Assembly (NCBI GenBank): GCA_963803435.1
Contig: CAWDML010000003.1
Coordinates: 288,001-352,000, forward strand
Length of the DNA: 64,000 nucleotides
Source of the DNA: an uncultured delta proteobacterium
Lineage (GTDB): Bacteria; Myxococcota; Kuafuiibacteriia; Kuafuiibacteriales; Kuafuiibacteriaceae
Direction of reading: 5' to 3'
Part shown: positions 62,069 to 64,000 of the stretch, piece by piece
How positions within the stretch are numbered: position 1 is the stretch's first letter
Layout: each line of letters opens with the position of its first letter
Translations under genes and position numbers: made by a program
Notes under the pieces: generated by a model
Databases searched by the model: none
Told to the model about the DNA's origin: nothing
What the model saw: the letters and a program-made list of their open reading frames with translations, nothing else

Positions 62069-63704
62069 GCCGCCCGGCCCGGGGCCGAGGTCGAGCGCGT
62101 GTCCGAGCGTCCCGGGCTCGGGCGCGAGGCCCATCCGCGTCCAGAGGGTGGCGCCGAGGTCCTCGATGGTGGCCGCCTCGAAGCGCGCACCCGGCCTGAC
62201 CCCGGGACCGGACAGGATCAGCGGGACCAGCATCTGGGTGGCGCGCAGCCCTCCGTGTCCGCCGCGGTAGTTGCCGACGAACATCTCGAAGTCGAGGGCC
62301 AGGTCGTAGTCGGGCGCGCTGGTGACGATCAGAATCGCCGGCGCCCTCCTGGGCCATCAGCCGCGCCAGCCGCACGACGGCGTAGGGGTAGCGGGTCGAG
62401 TGCGTGGCCGCCAGCCACGCCTCCGGCGAGCGCGACCGCCCGTCCGCCAGCACCCCGTAGCCCAGCGGATCCTCCCCGCTCGCCCGATAGGAGAAGCCAT
62501 CGGGCGTGCGCGCGATGATCCCCTCGCCCCCGCGGCCAAAGACGTGCACGCCGTCTTCACCCCGCGCGATCACGTGCTCGATCCCTTCGGCGTGCCCGAG
62601 GAGCGACACCAGGTCCACAGCGGAGGTCGTCGAGGCGGTGCGATAGCTCCGCAGCTCCGCCAGCGTCGGGCGCTCCTCCCAGCCGGCGCCGGGCTTCTTG
62701 AGGTAGAGGTAGTTCATCAGGTTGCCGTTGATGGCGATGACCACGTCGTACGGATCGAAGCTCTCCAGCGTGTCGCTCATGTGGTCGCTGAAGAGGACGG
62801 TGGCGTCTCCGCGATAGGCCGAGAGGCCGCGGGCGGCGAGGCCACGGACCAGGTCGATGTTGTGGGCTGTCGACTCCAGCCCGTGGTCCGAGGCGAACGC
62901 GTAGATCCGGTCGGCGTCGAGCCCCATGGCCGACGCGCGCTCGCGGTACAGTCCGATCATCGCGTCGATCGTCCGCACCAGCTCCGGATAGCGCGGCCCC
63001 AGACCGTTGACGTGCGCGTACGTGTCCGGCGAGACGAACGTGATCCATTGAATCTTCGGCCGATGCTCGAGGTCCGCGAGCGCGGTCTCGACGACGTGCC
63101 GCTCGACCACGGGCCAGTCGGGGGAGAGTTGGTCTTCGAAGAACGGGATCGCGGAGAGAAGATTCGCCACCCACCAGTGTCCCTCGTACTTGGCCGCCGT
63201 GAACTCGAACGCGGTCTTGATGGAGCGGACCGCGCCGCGGTTGTTGTACGAGTTGATCGTGAAGCTGTGATCGTCACCGAACCGCTCGAAGAGCGTCTTC
63301 CGCGGCACCAGGTCCTGGTTCATCTCGACGTTGGTGCTCCCGACGTACGAGCGGAAGCTCCCGATCTTCCGGTGACGATCGAACCAGCGGAGCCCCAGGA
63401 CCCCGCTCTCGGTGGCGTCCTGCCCGGTCAAGAAGGGATAGAAGCCGTACCCGGTCATCGACGGGAAGGCGACGACGCCGTCGGGGACGTACGCGCCCTC
63501 GTCAATCAACCGCTGGATGTTCGGCAGCGTCCCCGCCCTCAGCTCCTGCTGGAATGTCTCCTGGGACAGTCCGTCGACCAGAAAAATCGTGAGAAAAGGC
63601 GGACGGGCCGGGCGGCCGAACCTATCCTCCGGGCCAGGGCGCCAGAAGAACCAGATAGTGGCGATTCCCACGAATAAAAGCGGTAGCTTCCACCGGCGAG
63701 CCAC
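62063..63704 (-). CDS. Alkaline phosphatase superfamily / nucleotide pyrophosphatase-phosphodiesterase (+1 frameshift near 62335)
   Basis: LVDGL, FPSMT, PDTYAH, ASDHG and GGHGG motifs; N-terminal membrane anchor. Confidence 0.85.
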
Positions 63705-63798
63705 GGCCGAATGCTAGACGTAACAGTGCCGGACGGTCCAGACGTGACCGCAATCAGAACCTCTCCCGCACTCCCCGCTTGCCCTCGTGCAAGGCTCC

Positions 63799-64000
63799 AT
63801 GGAAGAGAGGGTTGTGGTCCTCGGTCTGGTCGGCGGACGACGAGCGCGACGGCTCGTGGCCAAGACGGCGCTCGGCGCGGCGCTCCTCGCGTCGCCGTGG
63901 ACGCTGTACGCGTGGGTGCCGGCTCTCAGCCTCGCCGGGGTGCCCCTCTGGCTCGCGGTCACGCTCTCCGTCTCTTCGCTGGCCGGGTTGGCGATCCTCT
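63799..64000 (+). CDS. Hypothetical membrane protein (3' partial)
   Basis: ATG 63799 opens a stop-free hydrophobic frame running to the window end. Confidence 0.45.
   Translation, partial: MEERVVVLGLVGGRRARRLVAKTALGAALLASPWTLYAWVPALSLAGVPLWLAVTLSVSSLAGLAIL

Overview
High-GC bacterial chromosomal DNA with a gene content typical of Myxococcota: Hanks-type kinases, an FHA-sigma54 activator, PEGA and choice-of-anchor-type surface proteins, and alpha-2-macroglobulin with PBP1C. The taxonomic call is an inference. About 50 densely packed CDSs are present, many coupled by GTGA/ATGA overlaps. They cover housekeeping (purB, purC, scpA, an rlmN-family gene, dcd, ABC-F), aromatic-CoA and lipid metabolism, peptidases and signalling. 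I found no rRNA, tRNA or CRISPR array. At least 8 genes are broken by mostly single-base insertions, which looks like long-read error rather than biology. The most notable observations are: (1) a ~900-bp element at 19210-20112, bounded by ~70-bp inverted repeats that end in CTAG and contain GGGACC hexamer arrays, carrying an IS1182-type transposase remnant and a four-helix-bundle (IVS/bAvd-like) gene; (2) a TANNNT box 6-7 nt upstream of many start codons that lack a Shine-Dalgarno, suggesting widespread leaderless mRNAs; (3) an M17 aminopeptidase resembling eukaryotic NPEPL1; (4) a pseudokinase / dual-kinase / FHA-EBP signalling cluster; (5) three clearly readable TetR operator sites and candidate ECF promoters. 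All product calls come from motif recognition by eye; no database search was run.
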